From positions 76,519 to 140,518 of the forward strand of contig JAUCBJ010000052.1 of the NCBI GenBank assembly GCA_032718475.1: a DNA stretch of 64,000 nucleotides, in the 5' to 3' direction. Origin of the DNA: Nemertoderma westbladi. Its lineage: Eukaryota; Animalia; Xenacoelomorpha. Made by a program: the position numbers and the translations under genes. Shown here one piece after another: positions 49,850 through 60,849 of this stretch (the stretch's first letter is position 1; each line of letters opens with the position of its first letter). The notes beneath the pieces are model-generated. The model was not told where the DNA came from, did no database searches, and saw only the letters and a list, made by a program, of their open reading frames with translations.

Positions 49850-50800
49850 AGGCCCGAAAGATACCAGAATAGGTCGAGGCTTTGCACAACCCGGTTCGTC
49901 CTTACCTAATTGGCGCACTCAGAAGTTACTAACAGGAATCTCAATATCGATAAGATTGAGGATTTAATTTATCGTATCTTTATCATTTTCAGGTTTGGCT
50001 GACGAAGCTTCTAAAACATTTAGACGGATAATGTTTCGTGAACGTAGTTCGTGGTCGACTGTTTCAATAAATGTCGACTACTTTAGGAAGGTTTCTTTAA
50101 GCGAGGTGTTCTCATTTTCTAATGCCGTTACTCTATCTTCAAGAGTGGCGCAACGATTATCAACAGTGTCGGAAATAAGTGCATGAAGTTGGCCGACCGA
50201 CGCTTAAAGATCTCACAGCTGCATTATCATTAATGCTTGCAGTGGTGCTTGGAATTGTGGCATTAGGGCGTCTTCCATGTGGATTCTGTGGATAATAGGG
50301 GTTTCCAGTAGCGGCAAGTAAACTGCCCCTACAAGAGCAGTGTTAATTGGGGTTGGGCGTGAGTATTGTTTCCGGTATCCAAAGTTTCCGTAAGAGTTGG
50401 TCCAGTATCCCGCAATGGAGATTGGGGAACTTGTAAGACCCGTTGTCACTAGGGGATCTTGAAATCCGGTTGACCAGCTTGGGGAGTTTAGGCCTCGAGG
50501 GATACAAAAATTAACGGTTAGTATAGGAGTGGGAGTGACTGTTGGTGGTGCAGTAGCATAAATCCCTGAGTTCGAATGCATCGTATTTGATATCGGAGTT
50601 GGCGAAGTGGTCAATTGTACAGTACAGGTCAAATTGTATCCGTCGTTACCTGTCTCCTAGGGGAATGGTGGTTTTTCTTAGAGACCACACGCACAGTTGA
50701 GTCTCAAGAAGAACACAACTTCCCACGATGTAATCTTTGTAAGAATAGTCCGCATTCACAGCAATAACCCATTCATGCATTCGTGTAGTTTTGTACTGCA
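49850..50800 (-). mobile_element. Decayed LINE ORF1-like fragment (coiled coil + RRM-like region)
   Basis: Minus-strand ...RVTALENENTSLKE...HELRSRNII..V.E...D...I..I...LGK....PRPILVSF, the usual ORF1 pattern. Preceded by a P/T/S-rich linker and a Cys-rich remnant. Confidence 0.6.
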
Positions 50801-50912
50801 GTATTTCTGTATTTCAAGGTATTGGTAAACCGGTATACCAGTACTGTGAATTCCTACATTATAATTGAATTGTTGTGGGGTGAGTGACGGTGAATTAAAT
50901 ATATAAGCTGAG

Positions 50913-51191
50913 GCGCTAAGGCTCTCCTTTACTGCATGGCTCGCCCCACAAACTAAACATTCTCAAAATCATTCTACCACCCAATAGTAATGTTTAATTA
51001 AAACAGGTACGTTTTCATTGGCTCGCAAAGGCCGGTCCTAATTAATTGTTGTAGGCCACCAATAAGAAAGCAGATTGTTCCATCTGATGCAAAGGGGCTC
51101 ATTTATTGGCTGTTTCAGGTTTCTTCGTCCTAGGATGGTGACTGAGACCGGTCCTAGCCAGGCCACCATTATGAATACCACTTAAGTCGCT
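50913..51191. repeat. ~280-bp dispersed repeat, copy A
   Basis: Direct repeat of 52315-52602 (GCGCTAAGGCTC...GGCTCGCCCCACAAACTAAAC...GAATACCACTTAA.TCGCT). Confidence 0.85.
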
Positions 51192-52314
51192 AAAATCGAG
51201 TTATATTGGTGTTGTAAGGGTCTAAGCCAATATTCTAAGTAAAACAAATTCCTTTTTATCATATGGCCATTTCGTGTATTAACACACGTCTTCAGTGATA
51301 TAAATATATTTATATTAAAATGTTTACATAATTTACATATTAAAATAAGTACGTACGTGGTTAAATTTAATTGAATAATACTGTAAAAGATACTAATTTA
51401 TACGAGGCTATCGTACAGTACATGCCTGGTTATTTTTGGATGAACAATCGATAAAATGCGAAGTGTGAATAAAATATGAGCAGTGGTAAAAAGAGAGATT
51501 AGGCTGACATGGAGGATAAGTTAAATTAAAATAGGTAAGTAAAATAAAGTTAAATATATAATAATGTGATACTTTTCGGATGAACATTCGATAAAATGCG
51601 AAGTGTGACTAAGGCTAGGTAGATACAATTAATTAAGTTAAAATAAGTTAAAATAAATAAAAAGATATACAGCAATTCAGGTATGGACGGCTGGGAAGGT
51701 ACAATCAAATAAAATGAAATAAAATAAAATTATTTAAAACATGAGCAGACAATCGATAAAATTCATAAAATGAGATAAAGTTGATAGATGACACCACAAT
51801 GCTGGAATAAATTACTGCATAAAGATGAGTAAGTCATGTATGATGTAGCTGTACCCATACTGTACAGTTTTGTAGGAGCACAATCAATCAGTCAAACAAT
51901 CAGTCAGTACTGTGTACTGCTCTACCGGTAATCTGTCAACCGCAGAAGTTTCTTCATAACACACTACTGACGACAATTAATACTATTGTAACCAGCTAAA
52001 TCATAAAGCAACACAACAATAACACGTTCGTGGGGCGTCGCGCAGCAAGCGAACTTTGGTAAAAAGTAGCAAAAAAATCAATTTGATCCGGTTATCTGAA
52101 GACAAAAATTCGAGAGGAATTTGCCCGTAACATATAAAAATATTGGAACTTTTTCTTTAGTACGCCCATACAAAATTTGGTTCAAAATGGTTAAAATCTT
52201 CAAAAGTGATTTACGAATGAAATTTTCATTACGGACAGACAGACAGACAGACAGATGGGCGAACAGACAGACAGATGGACATGAACATTTTGCCTATTTA
52301 ATAATTATAATTGT

Positions 52315-52602
52315 GCGCTAAGGCTCGCTTTTACTGCGTGGCTCGCCCCACAAACTAAACGTTCTCAAAATCATTCTACCACCCAATTGCAAAGCTTTAT
52401 TAAAACAGATACCGAGTTACCTTTTCATTGGCTCGCAAAGGACCGGTCCTAATTAATTGTTGTAGGCCACCAATAAAAGAGCAGATTGTTCCATCTGATG
52501 CAAAGGGGCTCATTCATTGGCTGTTTCGGGTTTCTTTGCCCGAGGACGGTGACTGAGACCGGTCCTAGCCAAGCCACCATTATGAATACCACTTAAATCG
52601 CT
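52315..52602. repeat. ~285-bp dispersed repeat, copy B
   Basis: Direct repeat of 50913-51191. Confidence 0.85.
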
Positions 52603-52674
52603 GACTGAGCTAGGACCGTGTAAGGACCGACCTAACAATTAATGTAGGCGACTTAAATTTAGGACTGGACTTAA

Positions 52675-53866
52675 ACTACTACTACTAGGATCGGCATGCT
52701 GCATTGCAGCTGCATTTTTAAGAATGCTGTGCCGGCTTGTCAACAAAATTGCACCGCCACAACTCCCTATCACCCATGACATTTGCTAGATCATCCGCAT
52801 CTTTAAGGCCAGTGTCCTTTAAGATGCGTCTCAAGAAAGTCATGGGCTGTCCACCATGCTTATTCACTCCATGAGGCTGCCAAAGTACAAGATTATGCAC
52901 TGGCTGGTCCTCACGGCGAAAGCAATGTCCTGCAAAGCGGAGGCGATTTTGTTCTAGTGTCAAGCTTGGGGGAACCAATGAGACACCTCCAATGTTATAT
53001 AGTGTCTGGTTGGAGATGTGTGCATTGTACTTGACACAATGAACCCGGCGTAGCATTCTTGTGAATGTGCCATCCAGAGATTTGGTGTCCTCAGCAGTTA
53101 GAGCCCAGCATGGACTCCCGTAGAGGAGTACTGGAACTACTGCTGCTCTAAATAATCGGACCTTAAGTTTCCGATTAATTCTAGGTGACTTCCAAATCCT
53201 GGAAAGCCTATTCAAGGCTGCCCATGCCTTTCCCTTACGTATTCGAAGGTCCTCACCTGACTTCCGGATCCATGATCCCAGGTAACAGAAGTCGTCCACA
53301 TGCCCAAGCATACCATCCTTTGAGCTTATGCTCATCCGATCAGAGACTTGCTGAGGACTTTCAAAGTTAACTGTCAGAATTTTGGTCTTTCTGGAGTTAA
53401 TAAAAAGACCAACACTAGAAGCAGCATGTTCTAATGAGCTGAGGAGCCGTTGGGCTCCCTCTAATGATTCTGAGAGTACTCCTAAGTCATAAGCAAAGTC
53501 TAGATCAGTTAGGTACTTGGCAGGATTTCCTCGACTTCTGGAGCCAGTAGGTGGAGTTATCATCACCCCATCATCATTATGATGATCTAAGGACATGCGT
53601 AGAACATAGTCAACCACAATAATGAACAAGAATGGTGCAAGTGTGTCTCCTTGGAGGACGCCCCATAACACTTCAAATGGTTCTGTGTCACCGTCAACAG
53701 TAAACACAAATGTTGTCAAACCATCGTATACTGATCTGATTGCTGCAATAATTTCATCAGGAATCCCATATAATGAAAGTATGCTGAACATACGTGACTG
53801 AGAGACTGAATCAAAGGCCTTGAAGAAGTCAACAAAGATAACAGCCAGATGCCTGTTGATAAACAA
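52675..53866 (-). mobile_element. 5'-truncated RTE-clade LINE with open RT frame
   Basis: 382-aa ORF with FVDFFKAFDSV, GVLQGDTLAPFLF, DLDFAYDL (catalytic D replaced by Y), DDFCYLGS and RLRFAGHC. 3' UTR and (TAG)n tail at 52675-52688. Confidence 0.93.
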
Positions 53867-53869
53867 CCG

Positions 53870-56039
53870 CGACCTCTATACTAACAGCAGAACTGTTGAA
53901 CAGACAAATACCCGTATACTTCTCTGCCAACCTAATAAGTTCTCGTCTAACCAATAAGACACAAAGACTGCTCTACTATTAAGTAAAGGGGATCAGGAGC
54001 GTGATATTACTAAATGGTAAAGGTTGCTAAATACAAAACCGCTACTTACCGTTAGATGGCGCTAATCTGCCGTCCGCTAATATATTCTACTAAATTTACA
54101 CAACTCCTGCAAAATCGCTTGTTCCTTTCTCTACCGATTGCTCAATAGAGAGCTAACTGTTCGAATCTATGAGCCACGCGAGAATAACCAAAACAATAAA
54201 CCCGAGTCGGCTCCCTAAGCTTACTTAAGACGAGTGCGAGAGGCTTTGCACTCAGAGTATTCTTACGCCTAATTCTATCACTATTAAAGCACGCTATTGC
54301 CTATGTCTTTTCTAATCGCGAATACTGGGGATTCCCTAACGTAATGTGTGAATGCGAGAATATTTAAATTATCAAAATGGTACAGTATTTGTCTCTCGTG
54401 GATAGTACCGCTCTGGGTCTAAACTTGCCTGCAGCTGGCTTTAGGCCAGCAAATTACTAGCGTTTTGTGTGTGCCGAATAGTGCGATCTAGCTGATTGCC
54501 CGCTAATGCAAATAACCGCTCAGCGTGAATAGTTTACAGTACTCTAATTATTACCTTAGCTACTCTCCGCTATGCTGCGTACTAATTCTTAATTTTTACT
54601 AATCAATTACAGTCACAAATATTTAACAGCGTACTAATTACTAAGAGTTCCAGAATACGTAATTCTAATTTATCACGCAACAGGTTTCGCTAGTAATAGC
54701 CTAAATTGCCGTATTACTTTGACCTAATCAGTAACTAATTGTTGTAACTAAGAAATAGAAATCAATCAAAGAGAAAAGAGCGCCTACCTAAACATTCACA
54801 ATCATAGGCACACTTCAGTAACACACCAATCAGCGTCAACAATTACAGTTCGCAATTATGTAGTTAACTACTGTATAGCCCACAATTATGCGACTCACTA
54901 TTCGTATTCCACACTCAACGTTGTGATACGTGCAGGCCTCTCCCGGGTACATATAGGACTCCTAACTAACCTGATTCCTGCCCCCCTAATACTAAATAGA
55001 GACGAAACCTGGATCATCAGCCCCCTAATTACTGTACCAGCGAATGGTCTGCATACCACAGCGTGAACTACCCGACCGCAACGGTGACCCCCCGCCAGCG
55101 TTGCTCGCTTTTGAATCCTCCGCTCTCCCTTCGTCGCTAACCCCCCGATGTGCCCACCGCCCACTGGCACCTTAGCCCTCCATTATGCTAATAGCTACCG
55201 TAGCGGCGCATGCAAATCACAAAGTCTGACAGTCTCAGAAATCCCCTAGGATTATTGCGCAGAAAGGAATCACATAGAACCATTAATCAAAAGGTAGAAA
55301 TCATAGTTCCAATTGTAATTAGCAGTAATCGAAGGAATTAATTGAGAAACACAATCAAGTGTAATCGCACTAGCAAATCATTTCAAGAAATTAATCAAAA
55401 ATTAGCAAATTGCAGAAAATACGCTAAAATATCCGTCAAAAATGAATAGAGACAGCTCAGCAAGTACAACAGCAGTGCAGGTACAGAAGAAGATACAGCT
55501 CTATCGGCAAACCGCCAATTTATAGGTGATCCGGATGGGGTGATGCAATAAGGTGACGCAATCGCTCTCCTATTGGCTCTCCAGTCCGCGCTAGCATTAG
55601 GCCAACCTGGAAGCAGTTAGTCCAATAAGGAGGCCGGATTGTAGCCCTATTGCCTGCCCAAACCTCAAATTATTACCATATATGGTAATTGATCATGTCC
55701 CTGGCTGCTGAATGGCCAGGACAGCGTCCCTATATGCTAGCCCTATCAAAGCTAATAACAGCAAGCACAAAATCCAGGGTCCGACTAAACTTGCTACCCT
55801 GGAACTATCTACATATATCCTAATACAAAATTACGTAGGTAGGGCTACATATTATACAAAATGGATGGATTCAAATATATGGGCGTTTCGATTTCCCTAT
55901 CTAAATAGCACTGCGTTATTATGCCTTACCTAAAATATTATGCTGCACAACGGACTAATATTACGTACAGTATAACGGAATAATATTGCATACTGCATAA
56001 TGACTAATATATGTGGATACAGCGCCATATACCGTAACA
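53870..56039 (-). repeat. Putative 3' LTR of the BEL/Pao element (distal end not seen)
   Basis: Minus strand begins TGTTACGG at 56039 right after GGAGCGG (short PPT-like tract). CCAAT boxes at ~55570-55625 and TATAAA at 55524-55519. Non-coding. No second LTR in the window to confirm. Confidence 0.5.
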
Positions 56040-56529
56040 CCGCTCCAAGGGATATCATACAATGTTTCCCTCCAATTGTAGAAGAGTATAAGGTGATGTA
56101 TACAAAACAAAATAAATTTCTTCCAACTAATCTAAATACTTGATACTATAAGTCCTACTATTTACAAAATATTGCTATAGATATTGCATAATGAATTGCA
56201 TACAAATTAAATTTACAAATATTATCTCTCTCATTGTTAATGATTATTACATACAAATTAAATTTACAAAATATTGTTTCTCGTTCTTACTACATAATGA
56301 TTACTACATACAAGATCAAATATAAAAATTTTGCTAGGGCAAGTGAAAGGAGTAAGCCAAACCCGCAGGTTTGTCTCCCCAATCACTTCCTTCGCCTCTC
56401 TCATAATATAAATTCAAAACAACTCAACTAGTGTATATGAGTCTAGTCGAAGATTTCTAAATGCTACAATATACATCAGAGCGACGATGATGTATATATC
56501 TAGAGTCTGTCGCCCTGTGCTATAATGTA

Positions 56530-56994
56530 TTATCGACCCAATCCTGGGTTCTTTGGGCTCGCTCCTCTCTTTCGCCCCCTGCCCAGATACACCAGTCTAC
56601 CCCCTGTAGACTCTGTTGACGGCGTCCGTGAGGCGTCACTCCCCGGAACCGGCGACGACGTTCCCTGGGCACCGACTATCTCCCGACTGGTGCTCCTCCC
56701 TCGGCCTCGTCCCATTTGCCGTGTCCCTGTGGGCGCCTCCGCCAACTCCTCTTTCTTCAACTATAGAATGGAACTGTTCGTCCTTGGCTTGATGCTTGCC
56801 AATGACTCCTCCTTCTGGTACTTGCCGCGAGCTGTGAGCTCCGGCTGTTGTTGCTGTGAGCGCGGCGGTCCTGATCCTCCACTCGTTCGCGCGCGTACCA
56901 CTTTTCTAGTCTCCGTAAATACACCCTTCGTGATGCGATCGCAAATAGCAACGAAGTTCCAGGTGTACTTATTGTCCATATTCAACTGTCTGAA
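56530..56994 (-). pseudogene. In-frame C-terminal continuation of the accessory gene (RG-rich, low complexity)
   Basis: ORFs 56761-56985 and 56530-56760 are in the same frame as 56995-59310 and separated only by single stop codons. Encodes GRGRGRS and GRGRKRG. Confidence 0.55.
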
Positions 56995-59355
56995 TTATTC
57001 TCGGACTACGATAACTCCAGTGTTCTGTGGAAGGTCTTGAGCAGTTAGGATGAGTTCCTGATATTGTGGTAGCGATTGTAGATATGGCTCGTACGCAACA
57101 TGTGATGGGTCTACCGCCCAAAACCCATATCCCGCCTTAAATGGTAACCAACGCATCTGCACTTGAATATGGTAATCAGCCACACTCTCCCACTTATCTA
57201 ACATCTCCCGAAGTAGGTTAGCGCTATGGTTTTGAAAGGAATCATCTCGCAGCTGACATCTCGCGCTACGATGTCCCTTTACCCCACAATATCCACATTG
57301 AGAAATGAAGACGGTGCACGTGTGAAACGAATGGTCGGTCTCATTACACCAACGACAGACCTTATGCGCCGCCTCTACTACCGCGTCGCACGACTTTAGA
57401 TTGTGCCTTGTGCTGCCGCACAATTTGCACCTACGCGCTTGTGGAAACCAGGCCCTCTCGTATATGAGGTCTCCAATCGGTTTCGCACTTCCTTCCTTCC
57501 CAATGTCTAATACGATGTCGTCCTCTCCGGTCAACGGTTGTCGATCCGGAACAAAGTAAACATCCTCGCCCTTGTCCTCTATCTCCAATATTTCCTCCCG
57601 CGTTCGTTTCGGATATGTCTTCTCCACCGGAAGATCTACTCCGAACACCTCTACTAACGTCTCCGGCCAGCCCTCCTTAACAGGTCTATCAGCCTCCGAG
57701 TGGAAGGGAGTACCAAACCCGCGGGTTTGATTCCCGAACCACTTCTCCAAAGCTTCTGGCGTCGGATACTCCATCGACGGTCGGTCTCCCAAATCTCCGA
57801 TGTTCTGTCGATATACTCCTTCGAATATCGCTAATCCTCTCCTAACCATCGACGTATTCTCTAACGACTGGTTGAAGAACGGGGTTAAGAAACGCTTCAT
57901 CACGTCGGATTGGATTCCCCCTTTCGAGCGAACGTATTGATCTCCTCCGAATACCAATGGATGACGCTTCAAAACTCGCGCAACGATATCCGCTAATAAA
58001 CAAGTCACCGTGTTCGACTCAAGCACCAAATAATATTGTAGCGACGCACGGGGTGGCGCGCAAATGTTCCAATACACTAACGCTTGCCGCTTGAAGTGGG
58101 ATTTGAACTCCGCTCCCGGTGGCGTGTTGTATTCGCCATACGCCTCCTCGTACTTCTTTTGCGTCTTTAACTTAAAGTCCCAATTATACAACAAGTGTGC
58201 TATAAAGCCCATACCAGTCTTGGCAGAGTTGGGATACTCCCTATAAATTCCAATATCCTGTGCCCATAGCAACAATAGCTTGGTGTCGACAAACGGTCTC
58301 GGCAATCTATCTTCCAGATCAGTCATGGCGTTGAAGTCGCTCTCCAAATCGCTCTGGACTCCCGATCCCACCTTGACGTAATCTTGGTTGAGAATAGCCT
58401 CTCTAACTTTCTTGGGTAGCATCCTGGCGTCGATACGCTCCGCTCCGTGCATACCTCCTCGCCTGCATACCTCCAAAATCTGCTCCCTAGGATCCTTCCC
58501 CTTCCGATATTGTGTCGTTATGATGGGCTCCGGTCTCTCTCGATCCACCCTCACACGCATAAACACATGAGTCACACCATCGGCCGCACGAATTTGAATA
58601 CACTTGCTGGTCAAACATTCCTGATGGGACCCTCCTTCATTGTCGTAGAACATCACCCTCCAATCTTGCAGTGATTCCTCCGTCTTCCTCCACTGACGCT
58701 GAATCTCGTCTGATGGGGTCCACATGCGCTCGATAGCCTTGTGGTCATCATATCGGGTATAAGAACCCTTCCTCCTCAGCCACGTCTGGTCTACCTCCTC
58801 GTCGTCTGGGAATGTAGCCACCGCGACCCATACCTTAATGTACTTATCCAACCATCCGAATAGTTTGCTCTCCTTCCCCGGAGCTCCAATCTTATCCAAT
58901 GTGTCGTAATCTGTGATCTGCATTGGGACATCACGCAAGAACTTCGCGCATAAAACTTCCCGTAGACAGTCAACGTTCCAATGATCCGCCATTCTTACCA
59001 TCGGCAAGAATCGTATCGCTTCTCGCGACTCCGGATGATCTACTAATATCGCAGGTTCGGTGCCGTCGGAATAATACACCGGTCGGGGTTGAGATACGAC
59101 CTGTGGAACAAATCCGGTCACTCTCCTCGTCTCCTCTTGATGTCTATCCGCGGTCTTATTATACTCCGCTATCCTGTTCTCAAATAACTCTCTCGCCTTC
59201 GCCGCTCGCTCCTCCTGCCGCAACGCATCTATGTCGTCCTGATGCTCAGGCGTGAGGCTTCTCGCTCGGTGAGGTGAAGTAAACGCAGTCCAGGGACTCG
59301 AGAGCTCCAAACCCGCGGGTTTGGTACCCGAGTCCCGCGCCGCGCCTCTAGATCC
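56995..59355 (-). CDS. Accessory protein core: DEDDy 3'-5' exonuclease-like domain + three CCHC zinc knuckles
   Basis: VMFYDNEG (Exo I DxE), CIQI, LPKKVREAILNQDYVKVGSGVQSDL (Exo II of WRN/EXD2/RNase D type), FVDT, G+..+A..L, W...LQYYLVLE (degenerate Exo III). Knuckles CKLCGSTRHNLKSC, CRWCNETDHSFHTC, CGYCGVKGHRSARC. Confidence 0.7.
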   Translation of the reverse strand, partial: GSRGAARDSGTKPAGLELSSPWTAFTSPHRARSLTPEHQDDIDALRQEERAAKARELFENRIAEYNKTADRHQEETRRVTGFVPQVVSQPRPVYYSDGTEPAILVDHPESREAIRFLPMVRMADHWNVDCLREVLCAKFLRDVPMQITDYDTLDKIGAPGKESKLFGWLDKYIKVWVAVATFPDDEEVDQTWLRRKGSYTRYDDHKAIERMWTPSDEIQRQWRKTEESLQDWRVMFYDNEGGSHQECLTSKCIQIRAADGVTHVFMRVRVDRERPEPIITTQYRKGKDPREQILEVCRRGGMHGAERIDARMLPKKVREAILNQDYVKVGSGVQSDLESDFNAMTDLEDRLPRPFVDTKLLLLWAQDIGIYREYPNSAKTGMGFIAHLLYNWDFKLKTQKKYEEAYGEYNTPPGAEFKSHFKRQALVYWNICAPPRASLQYYLVLESNTVTCLLADIVARVLKRHPLVFGGDQYVRSKGGIQSDVMKRFLTPFFNQSLENTSMVRRGLAIFEGVYRQNIGDLGDRPSMEYPTPEALEKWFGNQTRGFGTPFHSEADRPVKEGWPETLVEVFGVDLPVEKTYPKRTREEILEIEDKGEDVYFVPDRQPLTGEDDIVLDIGKEGSAKPIGDLIYERAWFPQARRCKLCGSTRHNLKSCDAVVEAAHKVCRWCNETDHSFHTCTVFISQCGYCGVKGHRSARCQLRDDSFQNHSANLLREMLDKWESVADYHIQVQMRWLPFKAGYGFWAVDPSHVAYEPYLQSLPQYQELILTAQDLPQNTGVIVVRE

Positions 59356-60086
59356 TTATAGGCTCGGTACAGCGAAATGGCCGCTGCCGTCTCTATCAAA
59401 CTGGGTGTCGAACAGGGTTTAATTTCCGTATACGGATCTAATGTCGTAACGGTCGGCGTAATGGGTCTCGGAGGTCGCTTTCCGCTGAAGTCGATACTGA
59501 TCATCGGGTTGCTCATCGGGTAACCTCCCTCGTTGTATCTAAGGAACTGGTGAGCTGGACATCGCGTTAATATCGGTTCTGGATGTTGCTCGTCTAATCG
59601 GTTGGGAATCGCCACGTCTTGCTTATTCATGCATTCACCACACTTGTAGAACAGCTTGTACACGCTGAAGACTTTCGGCGTCTCCTGATCCTCACCTCGA
59701 GTCCTCCGGTACAGATGCATTCCGTCGAACTGATCTCGGACTGCAGGTAGCGGCTCCTCGTGTCGTAAATACATATTCATATGGTACAGTCGTGCGATTT
59801 CCTCGTCCGGATCTGCGCTGATGTCACATACGTCCAAAGCGAAGTCGTAAGGATACCGCGTGCGATACTCTCTCCGCAAAACTTCCATCCGGTCCCCCAA
59901 CGCTCTCATTCTTTCCCTCCGTAATTCCTTATCATAAGTCGGTTTGTATTTTCCATTTAGCTCCATCACGGACCGCCCATGGTAGTAAACGTTAGAGTCT
60001 TTACATCCTGGTCGCGCGAATGGTAGCTCCGCCTCCTCTCTGGCAGTAAATCCTCTGCGCGGTTGCGCTCTAATATCCCTCTCCAT
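59229..60086 (-). CDS. N-terminal part of the accessory gene (unknown; possible Zn site CGEC...CPAH)
   Basis: ATG at 60086, long GC-balanced ORF overlapping the exonuclease frame by ~125 nt in the -1 relationship. Confidence 0.55.
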   Translation of the reverse strand: MERDIRAQPRRGFTAREEAELPFARPGCKDSNVYYHGRSVMELNGKYKPTYDKELRRERMRALGDRMEVLRREYRTRYPYDFALDVCDISADPDEEIARLYHMNMYLRHEEPLPAVRDQFDGMHLYRRTRGEDQETPKVFSVYKLFYKCGECMNKQDVAIPNRLDEQHPEPILTRCPAHQFLRYNEGGYPMSNPMISIDFSGKRPPRPITPTVTTLDPYTEIKPCSTPSLIETAAAISLYRAYKDLEARRGTRVPNPRVWSSRVPGLRLLHLTEREASRLSIRTT

Positions 60087-60849
60087 TATGCCTCGCGTAT
60101 ATACATATATATATCCCAATAAGTGCCGTTACGTAACCAATTACACTGTGGGTAAATCAGTTAGATGTCGCCGAAAGACAGACCTCCCGAACCCCCCCCC
60201 CCGCCTTCCAGCAGTTCAGGTTCGACTCTCTAGATCCCGTCTCTTCCTAACTAACTATCCTCTAACCTATTCCCATGCATAGCGCAAAACTTTGGAGATA
60301 AACTGGCCGTGACCAACTCACTTTTTGATGCCCAAATTACTCCCATTACTCGTACTAAACTACAGTAGTTAGAAAGGACCATAGCCACAATACTCGACTA
60401 TACCAAACCCACAGGTTTGATAATCGAATATCACACATCCTGCAAACTACTGAGTGGGGTCCATGTACGCCTCTGGTGCTACTAACCTTTAGCACCTTAG
60501 TTGTACTGTTGGCACCAATCTGTGGAAGTTGCTAAACTCAATTTACACTCCTACGTAATATATCCGTCACCATGGTTTCTAAATGCTATTTTCCAGGCTT
60601 CACGACTTTTCAAATTACTGTTTATCTATAGACGAATTCTAAAACGCGTCTATACACAGCGTCTGGAGTTGTCTTGGGTTCACTTTTCAAATATTTTTAA
60701 AAATTTTAAATTTTCCAAAAATTTTGAAAATAAAATTTTGTTTTGATACCCACCAGACAAAACTCAACGCAAATCACCACAACCCCGCTCCTATGCATTT
60801 CCTTGTATTTGCATACGAGGAATGCATACGAAGTGAGTTGCGTCTAACA

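Noticed and set aside
52020-52290. Helentron/DINE-like non-autonomous element (ACAG microsatellite, CAAAATTTGG motif; similar pieces at ~24450-24660 and ~33025-33060)
   Set aside because: Suggestive, but I could not define termini or sub-terminal inverted repeats, so it is not called as a feature.
56995-59310. Retroviral env or a second gag gene
   Set aside because: No signal peptide, furin-site plus fusion peptide, or transmembrane anchor is seen. The knuckles follow an exonuclease-like domain rather than a capsid domain, and BEL gag would lie upstream of pol, outside the window.
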